Assembly (NCBI GenBank): GCA_040143965.1
Contig: JASJQH010006902.1
Coordinates: 1 to 45,285 of the forward strand
DNA from: Basidiobolus ranarum
Lineage: Eukaryota
Direction: 5' to 3'
DNA: 45,285 nucleotides
Shown here: positions 1 to 18,363 of the stretch, in pieces
Layout: every line of letters starts with the position of its first letter
Position numbering within the stretch: position 1 is the first letter of the stretch
The notes under the pieces: generated by a model
What the model saw: only the letters and a program-made list of their open reading frames with translations
Told to the model about the DNA's origin: nothing
Databases searched by the model: none
Translations under genes and position numbers: made by a program

Positions 1-38
1 TGAAAACATCCTGGTGGGTAGCTAGAATGACGGATCGG

Positions 39-329
39 CTAATAGTAATATTCCGGTGGATAGTAGGGATAATATCCTGGGTAGTAATAGGGACGACGCC
101 ACCAGAATGGGCGGAAGCGTCTATGGCGTCTCCATCTGCGGAGTCGCAAGTCGGACTCTTCATCATCATTATCTGCAGAAATATCACCAATGTCATCAGG
201 TTGAATGTTGTTCAGTTCCCCAACGGCATTACCGGAATCCAAAGCAGTCGCGTCGGGAGAAGCCTCTTGAGCTGGAAGAGCACTTGCTAGCAGGAAAGCA
301 GTAGTTAAGAGAACTAGTTGGATTTTCAT
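39..329 (-). CDS. Small secreted prepropeptide (96 aa): signal peptide, acidic pro-region, Arg/Trp-rich then Tyr/Pro-rich C-terminus
   Basis: From ATG at 329: MKIQLVLLTTAFLLASA (hydrophobic signal), D/E-rich middle, then RLRRWRRHRRFRPFWWRRPYYYPGYYPYYPPEYYY*. TATATATA about 55-63 bp upstream on the minus strand. Confidence 0.75.
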   Translation of the reverse strand: MKIQLVLLTTAFLLASALPAQEASPDATALDSGNAVGELNNIQPDDIGDISADNDDEESDLRLRRWRRHRRFRPFWWRRPYYYPGYYPYYPPEYYY

Positions 330-840
330 TTTAGCGATGAAGCAACAATGTTTGCGATACTTTTTTGGAGGGAAGTAGTTTTCATATATATAGGAATATT
401 TCAATTTAATTGTCTTCTCCATAACTTTCCTCCCTACCATTACTAATTGTATTTTTTGACGACAAACATGAGCTCATTCATTAGTAAGATATCTTACATT
501 TGGCCGAAGCCGAATTTATGTCACAACTAAAGCGTTTCTGTGAAATCAGTACTGCCACAGTGACAGCAAGTAATAAGGTAAATAAATGAGCATCAAGAGT
601 TTATTAAGGTGTTTCTCAGGTTATTACGTATGTATGAGAATAGTAAACATTAAATACCGAATGAACAATGTGAAAATAACTCGCATTGCGCTAGGTTGGA
701 ATCATTAGTAAGACTCATTTATTCCTCGAGATGTACACCAAGTGAAAGTGGTCACTCATATCAGCAATAATGATATGAACACAGTACTCTCATTCTTCTC
801 CGGAAATAAAAGGCAATACTGACTAGATCATAGAGACTTT

Positions 841-896
841 TACATCTTAAGCTACATACTAATGAAGGAATACATCTTAGGCTACATACTAATGAA
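841..896. repeat. 30-bp-period tandem duplication
   Basis: TACATCTTA(A/G)GCTACATACTAATGAA at 841 and 871. Confidence 0.9.
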
Positions 897-1320
897 TGTT
901 GGTTTTCCATTTCATTTGAAGTGGCTTATTGAGTGATTTTTTAGATTCAATAGATCTTGTTCTCGATTCCTAGGGTAGAAGTGGCTGGAGAAATTAACCT
1001 GAATCCAAATATTTGTCAATCACTTCATAAATATTTCTATTGTTTGTCAATCACTGGATATTTCTATACAGTTGGCACATTGATGTGTAGCGACATGATA
1101 ATACCAAATAAATCACTGTATTAGCTTGTAATAACGATAAACTAATCCTACTCCTATTACTTGAAATCTTCGCAAGATAAACAACTGAACTTTTCCAAAA
1201 TATCAGTAATACAAGATGAATTCCAAAAATTTATGACTATTATTGTTGTGGGATAGTTCTCACCATTAGATTACTAGTTACGCAATAACCCTTCCATAAT
1301 GCTCGTAGAATTCCCGGGAT

Positions 1321-1328
1321 TCACGTGA
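1321..1328. promoter_or_regulatory. Palindromic TCACGTGA E-box (bHLH/Cbf1-type site) upstream of the hydrolase gene
   Basis: Exact TCACGTGA about 70 bp before ATG 1393. Function is inferred only. Confidence 0.35.
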
Positions 1329-1392
1329 TTGAGAAATCTCAAGTTATCGCTGATTCTATTTAACTTAACCTCTATCCATTGTAAGGTTAAAT

Positions 1393-3235
1393 ATGTTTCG
1401 GTATATTGGTAAGAGAGCAAGCTTGGCGGGGCAAGCGGGCGTCAAGGTGAGCATTGTTGTATTTATTCATACCCGAACATGGATCCTTTTTCTTCTAACT
1501 CTTATCCCAACGTAGAATTGTAGATGGTACACCAACTTTCGTACTCAAAACGTTGGCACCAATCTTGTGGTTACCCTAGATAAACCCCAGTCTCTGAATG
1601 CTCTTGGTTTGGATATGTGTCGGGACCTTGGTGAGATTATTAGGGTATGTTTAAGAGCGGACGAGAGGATCTCTTGGATATTCTCGCTCATATACTTTTG
1701 TAGGAAAGCAACCAATCTGATATTGGAATGATACTACTAAAGTCCAGTAGTCCCAAAGCATTCTGTGCTGGTGGTGACGTTAGGGGTACTTTATGTTGAA
1801 TTCTTCTTTGGTCTCAGCTCATACTGACGTGAGGATATTTTTTTACTAGAGCTGATAGGTGCAATTGCAGAGAATAAAGAAAAGGGCAAAGAATATTTCC
1901 AAATGGAATATGGTTTGGATTATGCTATTGCTACCACCAAAACTCCGATTGTAGCGTTTATGAATGGCATCACCAGTAAGTGATTTATGTAGGATTCTGT
2001 TGACAAAAGAGCACTATTTAATCAATGTATCAGTGGGTGGAGGTTGCGGAATATCAGTTCATGCTCCATTCAGAATAGCCACCGAAACTACACTTATGGC
2101 TATGCCAGAAACGCGTATTGGTTTGTTCCCAGATGTAGGGAGTACCTTTTTTTTGTCTAGAATGGACGGAGAATTGGGTGTCTATTTAGGTCTTACCGGA
2201 GAGCGTTTAAAAGGAGAGGATGTATTGTAAGTGATATTTGCTACTGAACTTGCGATGTATGCTCATGATTTCTTATTTCTATAGTCTTTCTGGTCTTGCT
2301 ACTCATTACGTACCCTCTGCGCAGCTGTCGAACCTCGAAAAGGATCTATGCGACTTGGATATACCCGAACCAGAAGTGATTGGTCAAGTAATCCAAGAAT
2401 ACTCGGAAGAAAGCAGTAGTCAATTCAGTCTTGACAATGTTAGACCAATAATAGACGAGTAAGTTGACAAACCATCTTAGAGAATCGTCACAGAAACTAA
2501 GACCACACACTTTAGATGCTTCAAATATAATACCATGGAAGAGATCGTTCAAGCGTTAACAGATGAACGCTCAGAATTTAGCAAGCAAACTCTTGAAACA
2601 CTCAACCAAATGTCGCCTACAAGCTTGAAGGTAAGTCAATTGTCAAGTTGATGAAAATATTGGGAACTTACCCGGCCTTTTACCAGATAACTTTGAAAAG
2701 TATCAGGGCAGCCAAGACGTTGAGTATCTCGGATGCATTCAAAATGGAATATAAGCTGGCTCTGAAATGTCTGGTAAGTGGAGTTTCTTTCCTATAGCAA
2801 TAGCCAAACCACTCACAATGTCACAAGGAGGGTCATGATTTTACAGAAGGAGTCACGAAGCAATTGATCACCAAGACACGAGATCCATCCTGGGTGCCCG
2901 CGAAACTCTCAGATGTCTCATTGTCGGAGATTGAAAAGACCTACTTCAACTGGGAGCCCGAAACTCCGCTAAGCATCCCTGAAGAGCTGACTTACATGGA
3001 ATATCCTCATCGTAAGAATACGCTGCCTAGTGAGCGCGAAGTACAACAATTGCTGAGTGGAGAAAATCCAGATGCTGGCTCCATGCAACTAGACAGAGCC
3101 GGTATAGTCTCATGGTTCGAGTCAGATCGTATGGAGAAGCCAGGGGTTACCAAGAAAGTGTTGGAAATCTTATCCCGAAAAACGGTAGTGATGGAAGATG
3201 GTCAACTCAAGTGGGCCTCAGCACATCAATCATAA
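1393..3235 (+). CDS. EHD3: 3-hydroxyisobutyryl-CoA hydrolase, mitochondrial (enoyl-CoA hydratase family), multi-exon
   Basis: Spliced exons give [11 protein letters not shown]..., [93 protein letters not shown] introns lie between them. Confidence 0.92.
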
Positions 3236-3279
3236 TACCCTTTTATCCACATCATTTGTCCATCAATATAAATATTTAT

Positions 3280-4086
3280 TTAACTAACAACTTTACGAAA
3301 AGTCAAATTAATCCTACTTTTGAAATTGGCTTTTGGTCGCTTGGGTAACGCATGTTTCCAATACTTTTGCGTTAATCCTGACATAATCAATGTAGATCCA
3401 TGCTCTAGATTGTATTCCACTTTTTTATTTTTGTCTGTTTTGTGTTTGAAAAAGAACGGTCGGGCCTGGCCGAAAGTCGTCGAAGCAATGATAGGTCTTT
3501 CCCCTAGCGGTTTTTCGTTATCTAAAAGTAATCAATGGCTTTAACATATAGACATCATTTACGAAGTAGATATACATCAATCACCTGAATGATAACCCAT
3601 GTATTCTTCACCATGCTCGTATCTATTACACAAAACGAAATTGAAATAGTCTCTTGGCAAACGTAGAGTGTCTTCCAGTTGGTAGCTAATCTCTCTAACA
3701 ATAGGATCCCACTCAGTAGGTCCTAAAGTTAAACCTGAGTAGGTGTACTCTTTATCACCGATATAAGCGATAGTTCTAGGTTGCTGTATCACTTTACCAA
3801 ACATAGTAATTGGGTATCTTTTCCAGGAGAGGTTCTCTTCCAAATACTTCAAGTACTTATCTGCTTGAGCTTGAGTGAAGTATCGTGGATAGTAAGCTAA
3901 TGTACCAGTCCCACCATGTAACTCACGTATTATAGGATCTTTTGTGGTGGGGAATTCAAAGTCATTCTCTAGAGCTTCCTTTTCAGTTATCGGTGTAGTG
4001 TCTGCTTTTCTAGGTTTCTTCTTGATTGAATCAGTAATAGTTGTTTGTACCAATTTTCTGGGTGACTTACGCCATGTATCTGACAT
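3280..4086 (-). CDS. AlkB-family 2OG-Fe(II) dioxygenase (ALKBH2/3-like DNA repair), 2+ exons
   Basis: Exon 1 ends ...FNFVLCNRYEHGEEYMGYHS. After an intron (~3584 to ~3521) it reads DNEKPLGERPIIASTTFG...LEHGSTLIMSGLTQKYWKHALPKR...RINLTFRKVVS*, giving the HxD...H and RxNLTFR motifs. An upstream exon is possible (acceptor-like TTTTCAG at ~4124). Confidence 0.9.
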
Positions 4087-4396
4087 GTTTGAAATACTCT
4101 CGCAGAGAAACAACTGCTCCACCTGAAAAGTACATCATAGTTGCTTGCTGCGGTCCCAACGATCGTATGGACTTTTTTAAGGCCAGTCATGTAAATCATC
4201 AATACTATATTTTGACTCAGATATAGTTTAAACATAATCGAACACCTTCCAGCTTAATCAACTACATAATTGAAATCAACAAAAAAGAAAAAAATCCACC
4301 CGAAGATGACTTGTAGGGGAAGATATGGATGGAACCCTTCTTGCTAGTATTAATTGATTAGTGAATTAACCATAGATACGGTTATATACAGGCAAG

Positions 4397-5549
4397 ATGG
4401 CCAAGTCAAAATATGAATATGTGAAATTTTTTGAAAAAGAGGACACTTTGTTGAAAAATACTTGGGCTGTAGTACGTATTGACGGTCGTGGATTTCACAA
4501 GTGAGAATTCTATATCTACAAGTTGAACCAGTGTTGAATACTCATTCTTTGAATAGGTTTACCGCCGCTCATTGTTTCGAAAAACCCAACGATCCACGTG
4601 GTTTATCTTTGATGAATAGAGCGGCTCAAGAGGTCATGCTACAAATTCACGATATTATCATAGGATATGGAGAGAGTGATGAGTTTAGGTGAGAGTGAGC
4701 ATTTCTACTTTATTAATATTCAGGCTAATAGTTATTTACGTTACATATTTTTAGTTTTGTTATTTCAAAAAAATCCACGTTATACAACCGACGAGAAAGG
4801 TTTGTTATTTCTTCTAAAAGAATGACGCGAAAGTTGCATTGTTTTTTTAACTTTTCTTTGAATACAGTAAAATTTGTTCTACCATCGTGAGTATATTCAC
4901 GGCGAATTATGTATTTTACTGGAATGAGTATATGCCCGATGTACCACTTCAGTATCCTCCATGCTTCGATGGACGCATAGTATTATACCCTTCAGACGAG
5001 AATCTTCGAGATTACTTAAGCTGGCGCCAGGCAGATTGTAAATATAAAACTTATGGATATATGGATACTACTTCAATCTCTTACTCACCCATGATAATAC
5101 CAACTCTAGGTCATATCAATAATCTTTACAACACATGCTTTTGGACCATTGTACAGTCTGGAGTGACAGAAACAGAGGCAGAAGCCAAACTACGCGTAAG
5201 ATAAATACAAGACATGGTGATTCCGTACAACTTTCATTCAATTGTTATCATTAATAGGGAACTGTCTCGGCCCAAAAAAATGAAATGCTTTTCACTGAAT
5301 ATGGAATTAACTATAGTAACCTTCCAGCAATGTATAGAAGAGGCAGTGTTCTTATCAGGGATAAGGTTAGTTCACATTAGAATTCTCTTGATATCTTCAA
5401 TGACTAATAATCTTCGATAGATCGAAGTTAAAAGTATCAACACCTCGGGTAAGGAAGTGACTCGTCAGAAATCCACCATCCTGATCATCCATGATGATAT
5501 CATAGGAAGTAAATTTTGGAAGGAAAGAAAGCACCTCCTCTCATCATAA
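4397..5549 (+). CDS. THG1: tRNA(His) guanylyltransferase, multi-exon
   Basis: [73 protein letters not shown]. Confidence 0.95.
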
Positions 5550-5886
5550 TGATCATGGATGTGATCCTATTGTTCTTTTTACCGTTAGCTTGTCGGGATA
5601 ACCGTCACAATTTGAGCAAACCAATTGATTTTATTAAACATTGAGAATTGGTAACGCTAAATGCGAACAATGGTATCCGTTATTCCAACATTTTTTCCAT
5701 CATTCCAATCCATTGGTTTGAAGGTTTCTATTATGTATAGTTAAGGGGAATGAGAATGGAAATTGTATTGAAAATATATAAATATTCCTGGAGAAACAAG
5801 TGATTTTTAGCAACGAGCTTTAATATCATCTCTTCAACTCCAACCTACTTATTGAACTCCTCTCTACCCCCCCCCATTTAACTGAG

Positions 5887-6339
5887 ATGACTTACATTTT
5901 CAAAGCACTTTTCACTCTCATATTCATGGTTCAATTAGGGATGTCTATCAAGCTATCCCGGGATTGTGAGGATTGTTTATATCAACACCTAGAACGTATA
6001 CCAGGATGTAGTCAAACGAATCTAGTCATTCCATTTCTACCTTCGAACGCTCACTTGGATCAGCAATGTCAATGCAATCTGATAAAGAATGAGAAATGGT
6101 CCACTTCCTGTGAAAATATATGTAAAAATTCCAACGCAGTGAGATTATTACAATCCGAATTAATAGCTAATCCACCGGTGGATTGTGAGAAAAATGTAGA
6201 TCAAATCGTCAATACTATATCGAAAGATCCTATTCTCGTGGAAGTAGAGGTGGCACAAATTAATCGGGCGGAAAGTGTTCCTGCATTAACTTGGATTTCT
6301 CTATTTTCTTTTACCTCCATCATTCTATGGTGGATCTAA
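5887..6339 (+). CDS. Secreted 8-cysteine protein with hydrophobic C-terminus (putative GPI anchor)
   Basis: N-terminal signal peptide; Cys pattern Cx2C-x10-C-x19-CxC-x11-Cx3C-x20-C; C-terminal LTWISLFSFTSIILWWI; TATATAAA at ~5775. Confidence 0.7.
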   Translation: MTYIFKALFTLIFMVQLGMSIKLSRDCEDCLYQHLERIPGCSQTNLVIPFLPSNAHLDQQCQCNLIKNEKWSTSCENICKNSNAVRLLQSELIANPPVDCEKNVDQIVNTISKDPILVEVEVAQINRAESVPALTWISLFSFTSIILWWI

Positions 6340-6803
6340 CTAGAATCACTACTATACCCGCACCCGTACAAGTATTCATTCTACTCTCGTATCAGTAACC
6401 ATAACCATATCCCCCATTTTTTCTCTTTAGATTATAGCAAGAGTGAAACAATATGTAGGATTTGCAGGATTTCATTTGTTTAATTAAATAAAAAAAAGCA
6501 GACCATCGTGAGGGAAAATACAAAAAAAGAAAAGAAAATATACTTTTGAAGATCATCTCAAATTTAACATGTCCAGAAATGTCCCCCCTCCTCTCCTCTT
6601 TCCTCCTCTCCCCATGAGATTTCATTCCTATAAGCCGGTAGAAGTTGGAGAGATGGGGATTGGGATTTAGGGGCTACATATTTTGGTTAATGTATATAAC
6701 GTGAACGTGGAGAAAGGAAAAGGGAAGGGAAGGGAAAAAGATATCGTGAAGAATTGGATTTGAATTTGGATAAATGGTCGGATATCACAAATTACTTGCG
6801 ATT

Positions 6804-11753
<4,950 letters not shown>

Positions 11754-12654
11754 ATTTTTGTTTCTATTATAGTACTTAAAGACGAGATGAATGAATACTA
11801 AAAAGCAGGCAAGAACTACTGGATGTGAAAGTGGTAAATCGATAATGTGGATAAGGAATTCAATTGTTGCGAATAGAAACCGAACCTACTACGTTCAGTC
11901 GTTATTCAAACAAACAGTGGGCCAGAAATTGATTTGATTTATTTAAAAGGGACCGGGAAGATCTCCTCGTTATACGCAAGCTCTCAACAATTGATTTAAG
12001 AATCAATTCTATTAGTATATTTCATCAAGTGTAAATACCTTGATTGCGTGCCCCAGAATCGTAGTGGAAATGGTCTAGTATAAATGATTGGATTTCCCTG
12101 GGGAGCCAATTACATGATTCAGGAGAGAGGAATTTTGATAATTATATCAAAATGCCGATCGTTTGTTGATTCCAGGATGGCACCGCACAACATAAAATAA
12201 AATATTGCTGCGACCAGTCTGTCGTATTCAAACATGTCCTATTTTATTGAAGTCACTGATGTCATATTGTGAATAATACTCGTGAATGATTCTTGCCATC
12301 TCTAGATAACCAGCTGCTGTAATTCTAGCTAGCATTCAGATTTGTTACTGCTTACGTCATCTATCCATGAGTCTGTCTAATTAGGATCTAAATTGGGTTG
12401 GGATGAAAGCTCATCATCATTCACATGTCCAGCGATATCATAGCAATATCAGGATTCGAATGGTGATTTCTGCTTTCTGCCCTTCGAAATAGATTTCAGT
12501 ATTGTACAAATCCTACACAATAGACTTGGATCTGGAATACTGTATGAAGCAATAGACGCTGTTTAATGGTATGTGGTATTATATTATAATATTATAATGT
12601 TGAGCATAATATTCTCAAAAACATCTTGCAAACGAAATGAACATGTTTGCAGTC

Positions 12655-14100
12655 TTAAAAATCCTCCATGTCTAAATGTGGCACTTCAACAATGGATTTA
12701 TCGTCCAAGTACATCCCATCCGAGTCCGAGCTCATGTCGTCTTCACTGCTCTGGCCATCGTCGTATTCTGGGTGCTTGCTGTGTAAATGCCTCTTCATAT
12801 CGTATATGCGCATGAACATGTATTTACAACCGGGAGCTGCACATGGGATTTCTCTGTTGCTTTCTGGTGTAATGTAGTTATGTCCTGTGAAGATATCTAG
12901 CAAGGACGGGGCCTCGTTAACCTTGCGCCTCTTCGGAGTAGGCTCTTCCTATAGAAATCTACTTTTAAACCGCATTCAATATTCTTTTGGCATGGTAAAA
13001 TCACTTACTGAGGATTTGAGATGAACCTTCTCGTGCCGTACCAGCAGATATTTGTGAGCAAATCTCTGACCGCATCCTTGAATCTCACATACAAAAGGGC
13101 GCTCAGTCGAATGCTTGGAGAGAATGTGGGATTTAAGAGCAGATTCCTAATGTATGCAATGTATGCATTGTTAGAATCATATAATAAATGATGAAATGTG
13201 TTGACTTATTACACTGAGGAACTCCTTGTCACACCCATCATGGGTACACGGGAACTTTGGGCGATTCGGATCGTGAATGTTCAAATGATCAGTAAGTATG
13301 TCCTTTCTCTTGAACTCCTTACTGCAAAAAGGGCATATAATTTTATGAGCTTCTCTCGAGTGAACTTGTAATTCAGACCATTTGGAGAATCCACCATCAC
13401 AACCCTCATGTCCACAGAAATATCTCTGCTTTTCTGTATGGATGAGTATATTGTGAGTGAGAAGTCAATATATCACTTTAACATTAGCACCTACCTGTAT
13501 GTGTTAGTTTGTGTTTTTTAAGTTTGCTTGCAGTTGGAAACCCTTTGGAACAACCGTCAACATCGCATGCAAAAGGGTGTTCTCCAGTATGCGCACATAA
13601 ATGCTTCCGCAGTTGAACATGTTTGGCAAATGCTTCTTCACAACCTTCATGAGAACACTTGAAAAAAAACCAAGTAAATAAACCGATTTTCATCTATTTC
13701 AACCAAGTGGAACTTTATAAAAATTACTTGATAAGGCTTCGGTGTTTCGTGAATCAACATGTGTCTTTTGAGATGCTGATTTGTCATAAACTTGGCGTCA
13801 CAGCCAACATAATTGCAAATATATTTTTTAGTAGCTTCGGGATCGTGAGCTCTAGCGTGAACTGATAAGTGGCTTTCTCGGTAGTAAGCCTTGCTACAAC
13901 CAGGAAAAGGACATACAAAAGGACGCTGGAAACATACTCGGTTTAATATGAGAGAAAAAAAAATGAAAATCAGCATTATACCTCGAAAATTTAACACTTA
14001 CCTCACCAGTATGGGTTCTCTCATGCTCTTTTAATCGACAAGGTTTCTTGTAAGATTTCTCACAACCTTCGAATGAGCATGTATATGGCTTGTCATTCAT
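12655..14100 (-). CDS. PZF1: Transcription factor IIIA-like C2H2 zinc-finger protein (10 fingers), multi-exon
   Basis: Nine tandem C2H2 fingers read across exons ([25 protein letters not shown] ... [25 protein letters not shown]), a spacer with LDIFTG, a tenth finger and an acidic tail. A short extra exon from ATG 14261 (MSKSTEF) is possible. Confidence 0.8.
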
Positions 14101-14662
14101 TTGTTCTATAAAGTTTTACATTAGAAATGGACATACGCGAACATATATAAATATTTTTCTCGAAAACCAGATATTTGAGGTTAGATTTGTAGTGAGGGTA
14201 TCAAGTAATAGGTCCCTGAATTAATCAGTTTTCTTTAACCGAATTCTGTGGACTTGCTCATTGGTCCAAGAGAATAGTTTTAATGGGGGAAATCGAGTTC
14301 ATTGATTAGTTCATGTTTAATAACACGAATTGGTGAGTTATTCTATATTTCCACCTAATCAGGTTTACTGCGCTCAACCTGTAGCCAGGTAAGTGTGAAC
14401 AAGAACCACAAAAATGTGACTTGGAAAGGCACACATGGTGGTTGGTGATATAAGCCAATGAAATCAAGATCTGCATAGTTAGAAATAAAGTAAACAGTGT
14501 TTGATCACAACAAAATTCCCATTTAGAAAAATGTTATCAGAAATCAACAACGAATTAAGTACAGTTTTATTATTGTCCGTTAATTTAGAAACGTCTGGTT
14601 TAAGCAAAGAAAGTGGTAGTAATTGTTGTAGGTGATCTCTTCAAGTTTATTATACTCTGAAA

Positions 14663-17600
14663 ATGCCTTCCAAGAGCGCCCCAAATACTCCTAAAAAGAG
14701 TGCTCGGAACTTACTAAGCTTCTTTTCCACTTCACCTTCATGTACTCCCGAAGGTATTTCTAACTGTTTGGTTTTGTTTATTGTTATATATTGACGTTCT
14801 TTCATATCATTTAAGCATCAAAAATCCAGGAAAAAGATAAATCTCAATCCCTCGACAGTGCTCCAGGTATCTAGCGCGTGATACCATATGTATTTCGAAG
14901 ATCGAGAACTAACTTGAAAATTAACTATAGAAAATCCCAATTTTTCACAACCTTTAATAGAGAAACCTTGTTCACCAAAGAATGAGGAGCTAGTAGGTAA
15001 AGTAATAATACCTAAGCATCTGTGTCAAATTTCTCTTATTTACACATCAAATATACCTAGATAAAGAGCATTCTGTCAATTCCACAGTAATTACTATATC
15101 GGAGGATGAAGACCAGATTCAGGTAGACAGTAAAGAAGAAAAAAGTATGCGAGGATTTATAGAACTTGCACTTTATCTAAAATACTAATTCGCATTTCAG
15201 ATACGAAGATGACGCCATATGTGTACATTGTTAAACGAGCTCCCAAAGATTTGGAAATTGAAACGAATGCAAGTGAATTGAGTCCACAAAGTGAGTTCTT
15301 AATCGTTAACCTCAAATTTATAGTATTATTGACCATTCAAATATTTATTATAAAGAGGCTAATTTGGAAAACACCGAAGCTCCTTCAGAAGTTGATACAG
15401 AAATATCAGTAGATCCTTTAAACGTGGAGCCTAAGGATACATCCAACGAAGCGACTACACCATTGTCACCTAAACCTCTAGAATGTGCCAAGGTAGTTGC
15501 AGCAGAACTGCCAGGAATTCCAAAAGTAAAGGCGTTATGATAAATGTTGGCATTTTATTCTAGCTGATTTTAATATGCCTTGCATCAAATGAAGTGTCAG
15601 CTAGTAGAATTGAAAAATGAACGTTTGATTTTTCACGAAAAGAAGATCTCGTTTCTACTTCATCCAACTACGATAATTGGTAAGCTTTGTAATCCAAGTC
15701 GATTATCAACGTAGTACCAATGAAACTTACTCCAAACCATAGAATTGGCCTCTTTCCACGTCTCATTAGAGGGAGTGTCCGGTACACTTTTACCTTTCCC
15801 TCTCGACTTCCACCCACTTTTATGCAAGCTAATTCAAGATAGGTACATAGTAAGATACAGTATATGACCAATTCGCTTCACTTGATAACTGTATTACCTT
15901 AGTGATCTGGCACTTTCGTCGTTAGTGACGCACGTAATGGATGTATTGTGTCCTACGGGATATAAGGATGAGGATTCTCCTGTAGGTTAGTATATCTACC
16001 GACACCCTTGTATCTTCAGAGCCAAATAGACTAAAGCTATCCGTGACAGAATTGCCAAAGATGAATCCAAGGAGTGTAGAAAACGCAATCCTATTGTTGG
16101 CTCGACATCATAATTACATTGATTCCAATTCTATTTTGGGTATTAGTCATGAGGATGAGCGCCCTTGTTCAGTAAGTTAAAGCTATCACTTGTTGGTTAG
16201 TTGAGAATTAAATATTGATTCATTTTACTTTTGAAGAATTTAGCTATCGTTCGTTGGGAAGTTCAAAATCTGATCTCTGCATTTTCTCCGGACTTGATAC
16301 AAATCATTGAAAGAAGGAGAGAAAAGCGTAAACAGGTAATCTTGATTTCTTTATCTCCTCCTATCGATTGGCATTGACCAGTCTCTTTCAAGGCATCCTT
16401 GGAGGTAAAATCCTTGTTCGACTCGCTGCCTGACGATCAGAAAGAGAAAATACGAACTATCGCCCAATCTTCAAAGAGAAAAAGAAAAGCACAGGATGTA
16501 ATTGATGAGGTAAGCACTCTATTTCAGTTGACCATTCGTGTCTCAACCTTCAATATCTAATGCAAGGATATTGATTTTGACGAAATGAAACGTAGGAACT
16601 TAGAAAGCAAGAGAAAGAGGAAAGAGAAGCGAGAAAGCGCAAAATTAAAGAGCAAAAAGAGGCGGAGAAAAAGCATCTCAGAGAACAGAAGGAGGTTGAA
16701 AAGAGACTCCAGAAAGAAGAAGAAAGGAAGAAAAAGGTAAAATCCATAAACATCGGAGATCATCGATACTGGGATAATCTTTATAATACTCGTCTAGGAG
16801 GATGCCCAGAAGCAAAAAGAACAGGGACAGACCCGGCTCCAAGGATTCTTCTCTTCTATCAAGAAAGATCGAGCAACTACTTCTCAGCCAGAATGTATGC
16901 GTAGTTATACGTCATTCTTTATCGACACTTTTTCTAACAAATTTGGCATACAGCATATTTCGATGAGTTATTTCGACCATTCCACGTCAAGCAATATACG
17001 TCGTTGGCTCCGGTCAATCGATTTGCGAAGGAACTCTCGGTTGACTACGAAGACGTTCTTCGCGCGGAGCAACCTGCATCAGACATCGAATGTAAGGAAC
17101 AAATTAGTTAAAGGGATTCAGTAACGTTTTAACCCTTTTTTGTATTTCAAGTGAAAGATCTACTTGATCAAAATGTCAAAACATGGAAATCGAATACAAA
17201 CTGTACTAGCCGTCAAGTCCGTTCCAAATGGCTTGGGGACGACGACTGCTCCGTGTTGGTGGATTCTGAACCCCCAAAAACTAAAGCCAGAATGAAATTA
17301 TTACAGTTCGCAGAAAACCATCGACCTGCCTACTACGGTGATTATAACCTCTTCTTTCTTGGAGATGTGATTAGCATTTATTCAGTTTTTATTGATTAGG
17401 CACCTGGTCTAAGAAAAGCCAAGCAATATCCGGCCGAAAATGCTTTGCCAAAGACCCAAATATGTTTGACTATGATTATGATAGTGAGGCCGAATGGGAA
17501 GAGGATGAGGAGGGAGAGGAGTGCAAGAGTGATGATGATGATAGCGAGGATGATCCGATGGATGTCGAAGAGGATCAGGAAGACGGATGGCTAGTTCCTA

Positions 17601-18363
17601 CCGGTTATCTCTCAGAAGATGAGATGGATGAAGACTCTATTTCAGGTTATTTTTCTTTGAAAATCCAACTTGATTTCTTAATATTGACAATGACCTTATA
17701 GGCTCTAAAGACGTCAAAGATAAAAACGAGAGAGTAATCAAATCGATAGTTCCTCTTACGCCAGTCATTTTAGGACCTGTCTTTGAATCAAAAGAGAGTA
17801 ATGACACTGCCTTCTTCCCAGGATTTCGCATTCAGGGGATGTACGGTGAGTAGTGGCATAAGATTATTAACAGGACCTGTCCAGCAAGTTCTCACATAAT
17901 ATTCCAACTTTTAGGTGTCCAGTTTTCGGTCAATCCCTTCGAAAAAATCCACTATCCTCTGTACGATGATAATGACGGAGGTAACGACGAAGAACCCGAC
18001 ACTCCACACAAAGTAACCAAGAAACTGTTCCCAGAGGAACGTGTTGAAGAGTTGCTCAAGGTAGGAAATGCCAGATGTTCTTTATTCTTTGAATACTACT
18101 AATGGGGAATCATGTAGATTGTAAGCGGTAGTACCAAGAGTGTGAGTAAATTGGTAGAGGAGCTCAAGAGTTCTTTCACGGATGTATCCAAAATTCAACT
18201 TGAGGTTAAGCTAAAGGAAATTGCTAGCAAAGAGAGGTGCATCGTGACCTCTAAGCAGATATGGCGGATCAAGGAAGATATTGCGAAGCTTTACAACTTT
18301 GACCAAACCAAGTCTCAGAGCCCTAGTATAGCGCAAAAGATCCTCAACACTGTCACTAAATAG
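14663..18363 (+). CDS. RLF2: Chromatin assembly factor 1 large subunit (Cac1/p150), many exons
   Basis: K/E/R coiled coil (~16597-16736); PIP box QTRLQGFF (16828-16851); KLLQFAENHRPAYYGTWSKKS; DYDYDSEAEWEEDEEGE; GWLVPTGYLSEDE; C-terminal winged-helix-like segment. 5' exon structure is approximate. Confidence 0.88.

Noticed and set aside
27-304. Plus-strand ORFs 27-290 and 56-304
   Set aside because: Antisense shadows of the minus-strand secreted peptide; no independent protein features.
3577-3584. Apparent truncation of AlkB at 'HSGD*'
   Set aside because: It is an intron donor; splicing restores HSD and the C-terminal RINLTFR.
6392-6740. 77-aa ORF and purine/pyrimidine tracts
   Set aside because: Low-complexity sequence in the probable 3' UTR region between convergent genes.
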